Assembly: GCF_009914755.1 (NCBI RefSeq)
Contig: NC_060933.1
Strand: one strand, 5' to 3'
Source of the DNA: the human T2T-CHM13v2.0 reference genome, Homo sapiens
DNA: 64,000 bases
Numbering within the stretch: position 1 is the stretch's first letter; each line of letters starts with the position of its first letter. A program made the translations under genes and the position numbers. Below the pieces are notes generated by a model. The model made no database searches. It saw only the letters and a program-made list of their open reading frames with translations, and had not been told where the DNA came from. Below are positions 63,570 through 64,000 of the stretch, piece after piece.

Positions 63570-64000
63570 TCATATTTAGTGCTGCATTGTTCCAAGTAGA
63601 GAAACAAAGTGAAGGACAATAGGGTAATTTGGAAAAACTGCAAATAGAGCATATGTTATGATGAAAGTACGGTTAAAACTAAAGAGAATTCTTACCCAAC
63701 TTAGAAAAGCAAGATTTAAAAAAAGAGTGAAAAATTGTTAAACTTTTCTAAAACTTATGACTGCCAAATATGATAAAAATTTTGAGAAAAACATACTTGG
63801 TCATCACTATGGCTTACTTGTGTAAGGATGCAAAATTTTGCTGATGTGTGTTAGGAAGAGATGAGGATAGATGGGGTAAATATTTAAAGAAACAGCATTT
63901 TGACATGATTTTATTAACTAATGGTAAGATTGAAATTAATTTATATATGATTATAGGAATATAACTTTTTGCCTTGTGAAATTTTTCATGGTGAGGAATT

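Overview
AT-rich, gene-poor primate genomic DNA, almost certainly human because it carries an AluYg6-type element. I see no credible host protein-coding exon, and nearly all track ORFs are chance or repeat-derived. The main feature is a ~9.9-kb full-length but decayed class I endogenous retrovirus on the minus strand (23748-33681). It has MER66-type LTRs, a CCTT target-site duplication, a tRNA-Lys-like primer binding site, gag-pro-pol remnants and an env resembling the placental ERVV-1/ERVV-2 (EnvV) proteins. A short hydrophobic ORF sits between pol and env, overlapping the pol stop codon; this is the best candidate for something undescribed. The rest is a mosaic of solo LTRs (MER4A1, MER84-like, LTR27/28-like, MLT2A2, LTR9, MER66C, MaLRs, old ERVL LTRs), Alus, L1/L2/MIR relics, two tiny L1 insertions, several templated micro-rearrangements and one or two enhancer-like unique stretches. 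Family names and protein comparisons come from my memory of consensus sequences, not from a search, so subfamily calls need RepeatMasker/Dfam confirmation.
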